Below, piece after piece: positions 1 through 12,708 of a DNA stretch of 62,244 nucleotides. Origin of the DNA: Catajapyx aquilonaris (lineage: Eukaryota); contig JYFJ02002165.1 of assembly GCA_000934665.2 (NCBI GenBank), forward strand, positions 1 through 62,244, written 5' to 3'. The first letter of the stretch is position 1, and each line of letters begins with the position of its first letter. Under the pieces are notes generated by a model. The model worked only from the letters and a program-made list of their open reading frames with translations. It had not been told where the DNA came from and did not search any database. A program made the translations under genes and the position numbers.

Positions 1-395
1 TTGAAATCATTCCCCGACATTATTTATTTCCGCTGATACCCGACGCAAATACCTCTACCTAACTTAAGTTCGAACCCGTACCTGCGTTGGTTCGACAGAT
101 CTGTGATTATTTACTCAGTTATAAGTTTGGACCAGAAACCCCAGCATTATTTTCTCCCTTGACTGAGCAGGACCAGAGGTCACAAAATGCAGCCTGGCAG
201 TCTGGCCTGGAAGGAACCACACTCCAAGGACAGCAATTGCTGCACATCGCACCCGCAGAACCCTTGAACAGAATAGGCTTCAGGCCGAGAAGAAAGACTT
301 GAAGGAGAAAGTATACCAAGTATGGCATTGCAAAAGTGGATGTGAGAGAGGTGCACAATACAGGTCAAAACGGTATACGTGAACGTGAAGAAAAG

Positions 396-2160
396 TGACA
401 TCAACAAGTTTCAGTACCAATCAACTCCTTAGGAACCCCGTGCTGTTAAGGGTAGCTGCAGTCCCCCTTGCAGGAGTAAGGACACAATAAAATACATTTT
501 TAAATTCCAGAAGGTAGGCTGCGAAACATATCCCAACAGCTGTCTAGACACAATCACGTAAAATATTATCCATACACAGAACACCCTATCCTGCTGCTGT
601 GGCGCCAGAATTGGCTCAACAACAACCATGATGAGATATGGGATAATAAACCTCCCCGCACCACTGCAATACACGAGACCCTACGCACACGCCATCGCCA
701 GTACAGTAGATCTGTAAGACATTCTGTAACGAACAGTCATTTTCACTGGACCATCAACTGAGCGGAGGAAGGGTGGAGGTGTTGGTTTGCCCACCTCTTC
801 AACCCTTACACTCAAGAGACTATTGTTAACTAGTACGTCCTAACCTTGGGCATGGAAGATGACACATTTGGAATTACCATCTCTAGCACTAGTTGCTGCT
901 GCTGCTGCTGCTGCCAGTCATGTAGAGTATCTGAATCAATACCATACAACTCATCAGCAGTGGTTTTCTTAATATGAAGCAATTAAAATGATAATTGCTG
1001 CTGCTACCATGTAAATGTAACAAGACCCATCCAAATCATCATTCTAATGAATGGATTACACCAGCATTATTAACCAATTACATGCAGCCAATCCTTCTGA
1101 CAACCAGAGAGGCCATGCAAGTACCAAACAAAACCATCAACCCAATGACAACCTATAACCCAATGACAACCTAGAACACAATGACGACCTAGAACACAAC
1201 GACGACCCACAACCCATGACGACATTACATATACTGGAAGTGAACAATTTGTAGCTGCCTTCACACATTGCAATTTATGAATGAGGAGCATCAAATTCAA
1301 TAACCATTACCCACACATTTCAAACAGTACGATATTTAGTGTGTATTTTGTAAAGTATTTTGTAATGTGAGAAATTACTCACACAACTCCTATTCCCAAT
1401 ATTTAATAAATATGTATTAAAAGTGTATGGTGACCTTATAATAATAATTGTAGAACAAAGGTGATATCAACAAGCTTAGTACCAATCAACTCCTCATGTG
1501 CTCCGTGCAGTTAAGGATCGCTGTGCGCCTTCTTGCAAGAATACAAATGGCACCAAGGCCATTTTTAGTACCAGAATGTAGACTGAAAAATCCCAACTGC
1601 TGCTCAGAGAGTCATGGAAAATATTATCCATCCACATAACACCCTTTCCTGCTGATGTGACACCAAAATTCGCTCAACAACCATAACGAGAAATGGGACT
1701 AGAAACCACACCACTGCGATAAGCGACCTGGACATAACATGCCAGAACAATGAACATTCTATAGCATACTATCAACTGGGAAGAGTAAGGATGGAAGTGT
1801 TGTTTTGCCCACCTCTTCGGCCCTTAAACTCAGAAACTATTGTTAACTAGTAGCACGTCCTAAAGGTGGGCATGCAGCAGGACTACAAGATGTACCATAA
1901 TCTAGGGCTAGTTGCTGCTGCCGGTAATGTATTACTGACTCAATACCATCCAACTCATCCGCAGTGGTTTTATGACACATACTTCACAAGCTCATTGCTA
2001 CTGCTACCATCATTTACGTAACGTGACCCATAAAAATAATCATACCAATTGATTACACCAGCATTATTAACCAATTACATATATGTATTAAAGTTGAATT
2101 TGCTTATGCAAATCATTCTGACAACCACGGAGACCAGTACGGACCATCACAGACAACCGA
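396..2160. repeat. Diverged tandem duplication (~396-1140 vs ~1461-2160) of a decayed coding-like segment
   Basis: Colinear matching blocks: gtga(c/t)atcaacaag..agtaccaatcaactcct (~396/1461), tttgcccacctcttc..ccctta.actca (~787/1805), attacaccagcattattaaccaattaca (~1055/2052). Confidence 0.85.
1139..1222. repeat. 18-bp minisatellite (aacccaatgacaacctag-like), ~4-5 copies
   Basis: Direct tandem units visible in the sequence. Confidence 0.8.
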
Positions 2161-3457
2161 CAACGACACATGAAACCTTCTGGATGTGGACAATACACAT
2201 TAAAGTGAAACATCAAACTGTCCCCCTGTACACTGTGGAACGCTGCGGCAAGCCTAGGCCTAGAATAAGGCGACTCTCAACAAGACCTCTTCTGTACCCA
2301 ACACTGTGCCGTGGTGATGCTGCAGGTACCCACGTCGCTTCCCCCGGTGGGGCTGGAGCCTGCGGGCGGCCCTGGGTGTGGCCCCTGGGCGGACACGGGG
2401 CAGGGCGTGCCCTCCCCTCAGTGGAACGTCGGAAGGACTGGAAAAAGGAGAGGGGAAGGGGACGCCTCAACGACCGGCACGGTTGAGAGTGGCGGTGAGT
2501 GGCCCCCAACGGCAAGGATGAGAACCTCCTATCTCCATAAGGAAACAAGAGGAGGAGACCAACCAACATGGCAGACATCACACCACTCCATACGAAAAGG
2601 ATCGGTGGAATGCACACGGCTATTTCTAGCACCTCATAACAGCTACTTGGAATATTAGCTTCCAATCGACCAATTCCAGCTTCCGGCAGACTTTTATTAA
2701 TTGTAATCCGTCACAAAATATTCAACTCGTTTCCTTTCCAATTACCGTCAAGATTAAGTCACCTCAAAGTACATCCGAACGTGGGGGAAATTATCAGGCA
2801 GCTAATACTGGGAGCTAATGTCCAATCACGCCAATAACTGTTACGAGGTTATTGCGCATTAAGTGACGTCATGACCCGCTTGCACATTTGGCTTGCAGAC
2901 ATAATAATAATTAACTAATTTACAAGTAATCCTCGTCGTTATCCGCTGGCAACCCCAGTCTTTTGGGAAAATGTCGTGAAGGATGATGATGAACTAATTA
3001 ATAAGAAAGTTCATAATGAGACGATACCTACTAATAAAGTTAGGTCAGGTTGGTGCAGGGTGCCCCTACTCCTGCCACGACATTCCGTCTCTGATAAATG
3101 AACGTCTTTCCGTGAGAAATAACGAGACAACAAAACCAATGATGCAAAAATGAAGATGTGTGTCGCCTTTCTAGACAGTCACATTCACACTGCTGATGCT
3201 GGGGACCTGGGGTTGAAATCCTAGAGCACAAAGTCATGAAAGGATACACCTCTGTAAATATCCGTCATTTTATTGACAGCTTTTATCGTACATAAACATG
3301 CCCCCACCCTTCCCCCCCGTGTATATAATGTGTAAAGTGATGTAACGTGTATAAACCCTGTGTTAATAAATGTGTCAACCCCCAAATGTGTGTGGCAGCG
3401 AGTCAGTAGGGTTGGAAATCTTTTGAAGCCGTCTCAGAGTCATGAGTCCCATCGTCT

Positions 3458-4851
3458 CTACGCTCTCCAATAGAGATCACCTGGACCAGGGTGGTCTTGC
3501 GACGACTCCTCCATCCTTGACTTCGACGACATCTCATTTGGCGGCCTCTCCCCGAGCTTGGCGGAGCAGGCAGTCATCGGCAGTCCGTTGTGGATGCAGT
3601 TAATGTCCATCCAGTATTGCTCCTCTACATCCAGCTTGGCGATGATCTTCTTGAGTGTGTCTCTCCTGTCCTCGAAGGGTTTCCTCGCCCTCTCGATGGA
3701 GAGAAGTTGCACCGTCTGGGTCTCGCTGACGTATCGAAGCTTCTTCAGCTGAAACATCAGGCAAGGCCTCGCCGCCTCCGCTAACGCCTCCGCCCAAATC
3801 TGGAGGTCGCGTTTGAGCAGGCGCCTCCAGGATGGGACTTCCCTGTTCAAAGAAACAGAGCCAGCGATTATAGATGATTTTTCAGCACAACCCAGTGCGC
3901 ACCACAGTTCGCGCAGCTTGCACAGTTGGCATTATCACAATGATAGCTGGTGGCGAGCATCCTCCCTCTCTGCACACTACTGCCACCCTACTCTATGTGG
4001 GAAGTATGGTAACTACATGCACGTAGGTGTTGAGTCAACGCGTGTAGGGACAAAGTAACGCCTAGCCAATTAATCTCTTGTTCTAGGCGCCAAAACCCGG
4101 ACTTAAAAGCACTCACCTTCCGTAGATCCCTTTGTAAGCTTGAGCTTCAGAGTGGTGCTTCAATCGCAAGTGGTCCAATTCGGCAGTCAATTCGTCAATA
4201 AGCTCAAACTGCTTTTCCTCAGTCACCCTGCAACGATTGGCGCCATAAGAGAAAGGATCAACAACAAGTTTCACCATTAATTGATTGAAACTTACTGGTA
4301 TGTGGCCATATCGCGAAGCTTCTTCTTGATTGTGGCCCTTTGCGCCTTACTTTCGTTGAGATCGATGAGCTTATTATACAAGATGGGTTCCAGAGCTGCC
4401 AGAGCTGCCGTCTTGTTCCTCTCAATCTCCTGTATTGTCTCCTTCTCCTGGACCTTAACCTGGCGTAACGAGGCAATCTTTGCACCTACGCGCTCCCTGA
4501 ACGCGTTAAAGTACCTATCATCCGAAAGTAGATTATAAGAATGAGAAAGCATGATTGCAGGACACCAACGTACTCATTCCTGTCAATTATTGTCTGACTA
4601 ATTGCGACCTCCAAAGAAGTGGTATCTTCCCTCAGTAGCGTCAGTTGTGATCTTACGGATAATTCCTCTTGGCCAAGCTCTGTTAGTTCTTTCTCCAGGT
4701 TTCTAATTATTCCTTGCTCGGGCGTTTCAAGAATACTTCCCTCTTCCATTCCCTCTTCCATTGCCGCCTTCCTTCCCTTCTTCCTTCCCTTCTTCCTTCC
4801 CTTCTTGCTTCCCTTTTTGCCCTTTTTAGACTTCCTCTTCTTCAGGGGCAT
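3458..4851 (-). CDS. Coiled-coil protein, CCDC166/CCDC121 (DUF4515)-like, paralog A; exons 4851-4574, 4514-4296, 4227-4117, 3842-3458 (~330 aa)
   Basis: GT-AG phase-2 introns give an open frame. Lys-rich N-terminus MPLKKRKSKK and heptad-rich body. Motifs L.EDT..L, DM.TY and LD.EEQYW.DI align by eye with CCDC166-type proteins (family call from memory). Confidence 0.8.
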
Positions 4852-5094
4852 CTTGGACTAAACCGATGAGATATCGCCGAAGTCAATCGGAACTCGCTTT
4901 CGCCTGCCACACCACCACGAACAACAACGGAAACAACCGTTTCCATAGAATGCATTTCAAGCTGTCGTTTGGTCAACAACAACGAAGTGGCCATGGATAT
5001 GCTTGTTTACCTTACTGGTCATTCTTGCCTTGAGACTCTTGCAGGGGGGGAAGCAATTTTTTTTTCTCATTAGCAATTAGTGCAAAAGTGCAAG
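4852..5094. promoter_or_regulatory. Bidirectional promoter of paralogs A/B with X-box-like and Forkhead-like sites
   Basis: 243 bp between divergent ATGs; gtttccatagaatg (~4939) and gtggccatggatat (~4987) followed by tgtttac (~5004). Confidence 0.6.
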
Positions 5095-6593
5095 ATGCCT
5101 CGCAATAAGAAGGGCAAGAGCAAGGGGAAAAAGAATGGAGGGAAGACGTCGATTCGGGAGAGAAAAATATCCTTCGCAGACCTGATAGAAAACCTGGAAA
5201 GGAAGTCGTTGAAAATTGACGAAAAGTTCTCCGCAGCCACGTCAGAGATTCACAGGCTGAATATGGAAAACAATTATTTGGAACAGTTGACTCTGCAGAC
5301 TAGAAAGGAAAGGGAAGGGTGAGTTGTAACAACCGAATTGTGTATGATTCCACCAACACTTCCAAGTTTCACTTAATCAGTTAGTTTGTTACGGCTCTGT
5401 AGTGATGATGATTGTGTTCTTTACAGTTTCGGTTAGAGAAAGGCGATTCTTAATAATTTGTCACTGTAAGATGGTTGTCTTGATGGCATCATTATTTTGC
5501 ATAAAAAGCTTTTGGAAATAGAAAGGGCCGACCTGTGTTTAGCTTGGAATCGTGATCACCCAGGTATTAAAATAATGGTTCTACTCCTGGTTAGGTTCTT
5601 GTTCCGATCGAAGGAGTACGTTGACAGTATTCACGCCGCAATAGAAGAGTTTAACGGGACGGAAGTAGAGCAGGTGGAGGAAATTGAGAGGAACAAGGAG
5701 ATCTTACTGACCGGGCTCAACAACACCTACCGAAAATTGAGATCGATCTTCCAGGAAAAAGAGCTGCAATACGGCACAGTCAAAATGGCGAACGATCATA
5801 TGATAGGATACTGGTAGGATTAACGAGGCGTTTTGCTATACCATATCATTATGAAACACTCTATATACAACGTTCCTCTTGCGACAAAACATTCCAGGGA
5901 AACAGAACAGAAGCAAAAAGAAACCATTGAGGAGATGACTTCAAGCCTGGAAGCAATGAAGAAAAAGCACGAATCAGAAACTCGAGACTTCGTATGCGGC
6001 CTCATACGGTGAATGCTTTTCCTTGATCATTACACTACGGTATGCTTGCTGGCCTTCTGACCCCCCGGTCTTACAGAGATCGAAAGTCCTGGAACCGCCT
6101 GATAAGACTCGATCGGGTTGCCATGAGAAAAGAGATGGCGAAGAAAACTAAGCCAATAATGGACGGGGAGCTGAAGAAGATCCATGAAGGCAGCCCAGGT
6201 CTGTTGGCGCAGCTGCTGATGGTGTTGAAGAACAGGGAATCTATGGAGGGCGAGAGGGACAAGCTGGTCAAGCTGATGATATCTCTAGACCTAGAGGAGC
6301 AGTACTGGTCCGACATGAAAGCCTTCCAGTACAAGCGTCCATTAGTGAAGGTGGCCAACACTCCCTCGGAGTCCAACAGGCTCTTCAGATCCCACCAGGA
6401 TAAGTCGAAGAATGGCAAATCAGCTTTTCCGAAGACGAGGAAGACGGAACCGTCGAGAAAGAGCAAAGTCCTCCTGACCTCTGCAGGTCGCGGTCATCTC
6501 GCGTATTCATCTCTGCTTCTGATGGACTCCAGCTTGATCTGGTCGGGAGGCCAGGAGTCCACCTCTTGCAGGGAGAATTCACACAGAGTTTGA
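5095..6593 (+). CDS. DUF4515-like coiled-coil paralog B; exons 5095-5318, 5595-5813, 5898-6008, 6077-6593
   Basis: Same 219-bp exon 2, 111-bp exon 3 and phase-2 introns as A; MPRNKKGK start; LDLEEQYWSDM motif; AATAAA at ~6650. Confidence 0.8.
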
Positions 6594-7013
6594 CCATATT
6601 ATTTTGGGAGTTTGCCTGGATGTCGTCTGATATTTTACATTATTTTTAAAATAAAACTCTCAATAAGGGAAAAGCCATGTGCTTTATTCACACAATAACC
6701 GTGGAATTCTACTTCTATCTTCTACAGTGTGTTTCTCTGCCCAGGTTTGTGGTCCAAACAGCGGGGACGAGAGGAAGTAAATGGGAGTCATCTTTGATCT
6801 TAATTCAAATACAAGATGCACATCACAATTGAACAATTTTAATTTACTTTACCATACTACCACCAAACACAAAACTACTGATCACAACAATATTGCATCC
6901 AAAGGAAAACTTGTCAAGCCTGACGAAATTAATTCGTCAAGCTGCTTCACTTCTCCTTTCTCAGTTGTGAGATCATGCGTCCCTATGACATCATGGTTTT
7001 GGACTCTTTCTAT

Positions 7014-9397
7014 CTACTTCTTTAACATGGCTGCTATATTCGGATATCCATTTCCATATGCTAACTGAGCAGCTGTCTTCCCCTTGCGTGTGGTGCTCTC
7101 CACAAAAGCCCCTCTCTCCAGAAGCATCTTCACCACACTCTTGTGGCCATGGTAAGCAGCCAGATGAAGAGGGTTTTCTCGAGATTCATTTGTGGCCTCC
7201 ATGTATGCATCCCTCTCCAGCAGCAGTTTAACCAACTCCAAGTTGCCAGCCTTGGCTGCCAAATGTATGGCCTGGAACCCATCGTAACATCTGGCACTCA
7301 CATCTGCACCATTGTCAAGCAAAAATATAGCGACTTTCACATGGCCGAATTTGACGGCACAGTGTAGAGGCGTCATCTCATTAAATCCTTCATCATCAAT
7401 GGCGGCTCCATTTCTTGCAAGGATGGTCACCACCTTCACGTGTCCTTCCCAAGCAGCCCAATGAATAGATTGGTCTCCGCTCTTATCACAAGCTGTCACA
7501 TCGGCCCCTTTATCAATGAGGAAATTGCATATTTTCACTTGCCCTTTCTCAGCAGACCTTTAATGAAAGAAAATATTAGTCAGCACAAGACAATGTTGAA
7601 CTACAGGCACTTACCTGTGAAGAGGTGTTGCCCCTGTAATCTTGTTTCTCACGTTGATGTTGCAACCCTTCTTCAAAAGGTGCCGGACCACATTGATGTG
7701 TCCATTGGTCACAGCATTGTGAATGCAGGTTTCACCAATAGAGTCTACTGCAGCCAAAACAGCCTTCATCCCATACTTGGCCTCATATTCTTTCAGAACG
7801 TCGAGACAACCTTCAGAAGCAGCCTCTATCATTCCCTGAGTGAAACCAAGAGTGGCATTTTAAACCACAATATATGCCACAGATTACACATTGGCTAAAC
7901 CTAACCTAAACAAGCCAATCATTTCAGACTCCCTCTGTTTTCTGATGTGCAATAATCAGTACTTTCTGGTAGCCTACTCACCTCAGTTGCTTTCTTACTA
8001 GGTTGTACCATAGAGGGGAGGTCTGCAGTGGACAGATGGGAACTCTGGCTGCTTTCTTCAGATTCTTCAGACGTGCTTGAGTTGTGCTTGCCTGTCTGTT
8101 GGCAGGAGAGGGCATGGAGTAATTGTGTTCGGTGAGTAATTTGAGATCTCTCTACACTTACAGTTGGTAAACTTTGAAAAATCTTATCCATTTTTTGTGT
8201 GAAAACACGTGCACAATTGAAAATTTGATACAAAGAGCAACAAATTCAATAATTGAAAGTGTAGGGAAGGTCAACCTCAAGAAAGTCAGTTTTATAATAA
8301 CTCTCACCTCACTTATTTCTTCTTCTTTGGGCACGAAGACAACACTGTCATCGCTTTCTTGATCTTTCTCAATCCATTTTGGCTTACGTTTGGTTCCCTG
8401 TTGGAAGTAGTATTGTGGTCCTCAAGGTGCCAGCACAATTAAAATTACAAAAAATATTGTAACTGAATGTATATTTAGCAAGCAGATCAGGCTAGCATCA
8501 TCCCAAAGAAACTAGCACATTGCAATGCAAAAGCATATTCGACAACATTACTGCATAATCTCGCCTTCGTATGACCTCTTAGCTCATTATTAAATCATAT
8601 TCACTTTACTTCAATAATGCACTATAGTTTCATTACTGCCAGTCATGTCCATTAGCATCTGTTTGCTTGCATCAGTTATCAGAGAAAAATATAATGAATA
8701 TGGCAAGGAATTCAGGCTTGGTTCCACTAAAAGGGCATGCTGGTATTGTGAAAATGTCAAGCCATATTTCCTAATGATGATTACATATTTAATGGCGTAT
8801 TTAATTCACATACCAGATTGATGCGAAAGGAGACAGGCTCTCTCCCCTTACGACCAGGTGTTGTGTTCTTGCGAACTGGGACATTACTTGCCTCTCCGCT
8901 CATACTCATGTAAGGCTGAATCATCACTCCCTTGTGATCATTTCTTTTTGCCAAATCCAGCGGGGTATATCCGTCAATGTCCTTGGCTCCTGGGTCTGCC
9001 CCATACGAAATCAGAAGCCTCACTGCCTTTTCATGCCCAAGTCTGGCAGCATGATGAAGCGGAGTACGGCCAAACAAGGACCTGGACAGGTTCACGTCCA
9101 GGTCTGCAAAATTCTCCTTGAGAATCTCCAGTACCCGCTCATGTCCCCCCATGGCTGCCCTGTGGACGCAGCTCTCCTTGAACTCGTCCAGGATGTCCAG
9201 CACTTGTCGACCTCTGCTTTTGATCAGCTCCTTCACCTTCCTTATGCGACCATACTCGAAGGCTAATAGGATGTCCTCACAAGACTGGAAAATTACATGT
9301 GTCATCTGATACCATTGTAATGATTAACACAACACTACTTTAATCTACTGATAGTAAGAGCATCTTCCTTCACCTCTTCAGGTCTTCCTGATGCCAT
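7014..9397 (-). CDS. Ankyrin-repeat protein; predicted exons 9397-9374, 9284-8892, 8397-8308, 8095-7982, 7835-7615, 7557-7014 (~461 aa)
   Basis: Several ankyrin motifs (GRTPLHHAARLGH, TPLHCAVKFGH, NPLHLAAYHGH); frame-consistent splicing; Ser/Glu-rich linker between two ankyrin blocks. Confidence 0.8.
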
Positions 9398-10467
9398 CTT
9401 GTAAGAGCCTCTCTGTCCGCTAAGGTCTTCCTCAGCTCCTCCACTTCCTTAGTATGGATGCCTGTAGCGCTGTAGGGCACCAGGAAGATCCTCGTCGCTT
9501 CACTCACAACCGGACACTGAGCTGCGCAGGGCCTTAGCTGCGTCGGTTTGGGGAGCAGGGTTGCCAGACGCAGATCGAAACTGTTTTACGCGAAATGAGG
9601 ATCTCATCTGGCAACGCGGCAGCACAGCGCATGACGTACACATGATGAAACAATGATTGGTTTATGAATCTGTCTTATCGAAACTGTTATGTAAAAAAAA
9701 AATAAACATTATTTTGTAGGCTAATTATTATAAAACACGTAAGTTACAATAATCCGGACTTGTATAACGGAGTATTTAATTAGAGTAGATATAATTAGCC
9801 ACAAAATTAACAGTCGAGTCTACCGCCTTTCAAATCCCGATTTGAGAAAAGTTTATCAGTATTATCAGGCAAACTTGAAACAACAATCAAATACAAGAAG
9901 TCTGATAATCCGGCCAGTCTTCTGTACAAAGCAACTGGCTTGATTGTTCATTTGTTTCATTGATTGTTTACGCTCTGATGTTCTTACCATATTACTTCAC
10001 CCGCAATCACTAATGTATATTATTCATGCAAGAATAATGTGACTTGCTTTAATCATGTGCTTATTCTATCTTCGGTTTGGTTTGAGTTTGAAAATAATGA
10101 TGAAATGTAACCACAATAAATGTTCACCAATGTTGTACTGTGTAAAGATGAGTTTCCACCGCTTTATTTCTTAAGGGTCATGTCCACAGTTTCTTCACCC
10201 TCCACCTTCCTCACATGTGGTATTTTGGAATTATTAATGTGACCTCCTGTTGGGATAATTTTTAAGCAGCTCCTGGGAACCGGATCTGGTCCAGACCCGG
10301 CTCACTATTTGGTTGGTTTCAAGGCACAAACTAACACTTCCAGCATAATTATACGGAACTTACCGTGGTTTCTAATCCTCCATCACGTAAGTACCACAAG
10401 TACATGCTTCCACCGGTCACTTGCATTATTTTTATACGTGACACAATATATCGACGTCCCAGTCCAG

Positions 10468-10622
10468 CACTATCGTAAGCCACAACAATGTAAAATGAAG
10501 TTTACAATGATTTTGTTACTGAAAATACGCCGTGGTTGTGTTATTAAGAGTCTTATTAAGCGTATATTCAATAACAAAACCAATGTAACCTTCATTTTAC
10601 ATTGTTGTGGCTTACGATAGTG
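10468..10622. mobile_element. 155-bp fold-back MITE with CACTA...TAGTG termini
   Basis: ~60-bp imperfect inverted arms (cactatcgtaagccacaacaatgtaaaatgaag / cttcattttacattgttgtggcttacgatagtg); no clear target-site duplication (TSD). Confidence 0.7.
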
Positions 10623-10824
10623 TTGCACTAGGATGAAATATTGTTTATCGTCACAAAACGCCATGAAATGAATGCACATGTAAATATTTACCCTTTGACA
10701 CCTTTAATAAAACATAAACATGCGTCCCCTCTCCTCCTTTGTACAATGTGTAAAGCAACCCTGTGTAAAGATTCATGTGTACTTGTAAATTCATGTAACG
10801 CGTAGAAACTCGGTGTAAAATGTG

Positions 10825-12447
10825 TCAGTCGGAATGGGAACTTTCCGGAGCCGCATCAGACTCGACAAAAGAGGTCACCGAGACCAGTTTGGCCTTGCAT
10901 CCACCCCTTTTCCTCGTCCTTCCCTTCGACGGCTTCTCATTTGACGGTCGTCCATCGACCCACATGGCGGAAGAAGAATTGTCCACGTTCTCCATTGGAA
11001 ATCCGTAGTGTATGCAGTTCAAGTCCATCCAGTATTGGTCCTCTTGATCCAGCATGTCCATGACCTTCTGTAGCTTTTCTCTCCTTCCCTCCACCGAAAT
11101 CCTCATTTTCAGGATGGCCAGAAGCTTCATCTTCATAACCTCGTTGACGCTTCGGATCTTCTCCAGTTTACTCTTCATACAGGATCCGGTCACCTTGGCA
11201 ATCTCCTTGTCCATAATTCGCATTTCGCGTTTCACAAGGTGCAGCAAGGACTTGCGCTCACTGTTCAAAAAAATAGAGGAAATTCCAGCATGTTTTATCA
11301 CGTATCAAGCCCTAAAAACCACTCACTATTCGCTATGGACTTTGAAATTTTGACCTTCCAATTCGTGCTTCAATCTCATGTCGTCCAACTTGTCAGCCAA
11401 TCCGTCAATGAGCTCCAACTGCATTCTCTCAGTATTCCTGCAACGATTGTCGTCACAGGAAACAACAAAATAATGACAGTTGACAAACCGAAACAGCAGT
11501 GTACACGGAACCTACTTGTACGAATCCATGTCACGCATCTTCTTCTTGGCCAAGAATAGTTCCGTCTGCCTGTCGCTGATTTTGTTGAGCGTTTCAGTGT
11601 TGGAGTCATTCAATTCGGCCAAATAGGTCTGCGAGTTTTCCCTCATCGTGTTTACCTTGTCGTCTACCATGAGCTTCAACTCTTCCATCGAGGCTATCTT
11701 CGCATCAGAGCGCTCCTGGGACACCTTCAAGTACCTATCATCCGAAAGTATGTATTATCAGCATGTGAAGGCAAATGCCCACAGCCCTGTTTTGCCAGTC
11801 CTTCACTGGGTGTGGCACCACTAATTGGCCACAAATTTGTGCTAGACACCTGGTATTACATATTACGAGTGCAACCGAGTGCGCACCATAGTTCGCGCAG
11901 CTTGCACCGTTGGAATTATCAATGATATGTGGTGAATTATGTGTATAAGGGATGTACTGGTAAATAATCGTTGCACTTATTTCCAACGCTACTCTTGGGA
12001 GGGGCCGACTTTGCGACATTTCCAAGGCTCTATAACGAGACTCAGAGGATCCAGGTATGAATAATTCATTCATTATATTAAATTAATATTAATGCATCTC
12101 TACGTAAAGCAGAAAGTTTACCTGTATGTCCGAGCTACCTAACTCACTTTTGGACTACTGAGCGTGCTGAAACTTGGCACGCTCATAATTGCGCTCGTAA
12201 AAAAATTCATCTACAGCAGACCAACTTACCTCTCCCTGTCAATTTTTGTCTGCTTAATATTTTCCCTCAAAGAATCGTTCTCTTCCCGCAGTCTCTTCAC
12301 TTTTTCTCTGAAGGATATCTCCTGTCGGGAAATCTCCACAAGTTCATCCTGAAGTTTGATGATTGTGCTGTCATGATCGAACGTTTCCTTCGTCGTCGTC
12401 TCTTTCCTCTTGCCATTTCCCTTCTTTCCCTTCTTCGGCGGAGGCAT
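10825..12447 (-). CDS. DUF4515-like coiled-coil paralog C; exons 12447-12230, 11734-11516, 11437-11327, 11260-10825
   Basis: MPPPKKGKK start; 219- and 111-bp internal exons; LDQEDQYWMDLNCIH matches paralog A. Confidence 0.8.
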
Positions 12448-12708
12448 ATTGGACTAAACCGATGAGTTGTCTCCAAAGTCAATCGGAACGCGATTTTAAC
12501 GCCAACCACCCCCCAGATCAACAATGACCAACAAGATAAACAACAGTTACCATGCTACATCTTTTCTGTCTGCCAACAAAACGCATCCGCAACAATAATG
12601 CTCCAATTTTTAAGTGGCCATGGACATACTTGTTTACATAGCAGGTCATTGTTGACCAAGATTATTATAAGGAGGATCAGTAGTTATATTTTATCTCGAT
12701 AGAGTAAG
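12448..12708. promoter_or_regulatory. Bidirectional promoter of paralogs C/D with X-box-like and Forkhead-like sites
   Basis: taaaca (~12537) and gttaccatgctac (~12546); gtggccatggacatacttgtttac (~12614-12637), colinear with the A/B promoter. Confidence 0.6.

Noticed and set aside
2049..2665. GC-rich overlapping ORFs
   Set aside because: No recognisable domain or splice structure; stop-poor because of GC content; possibly a repeat fragment.
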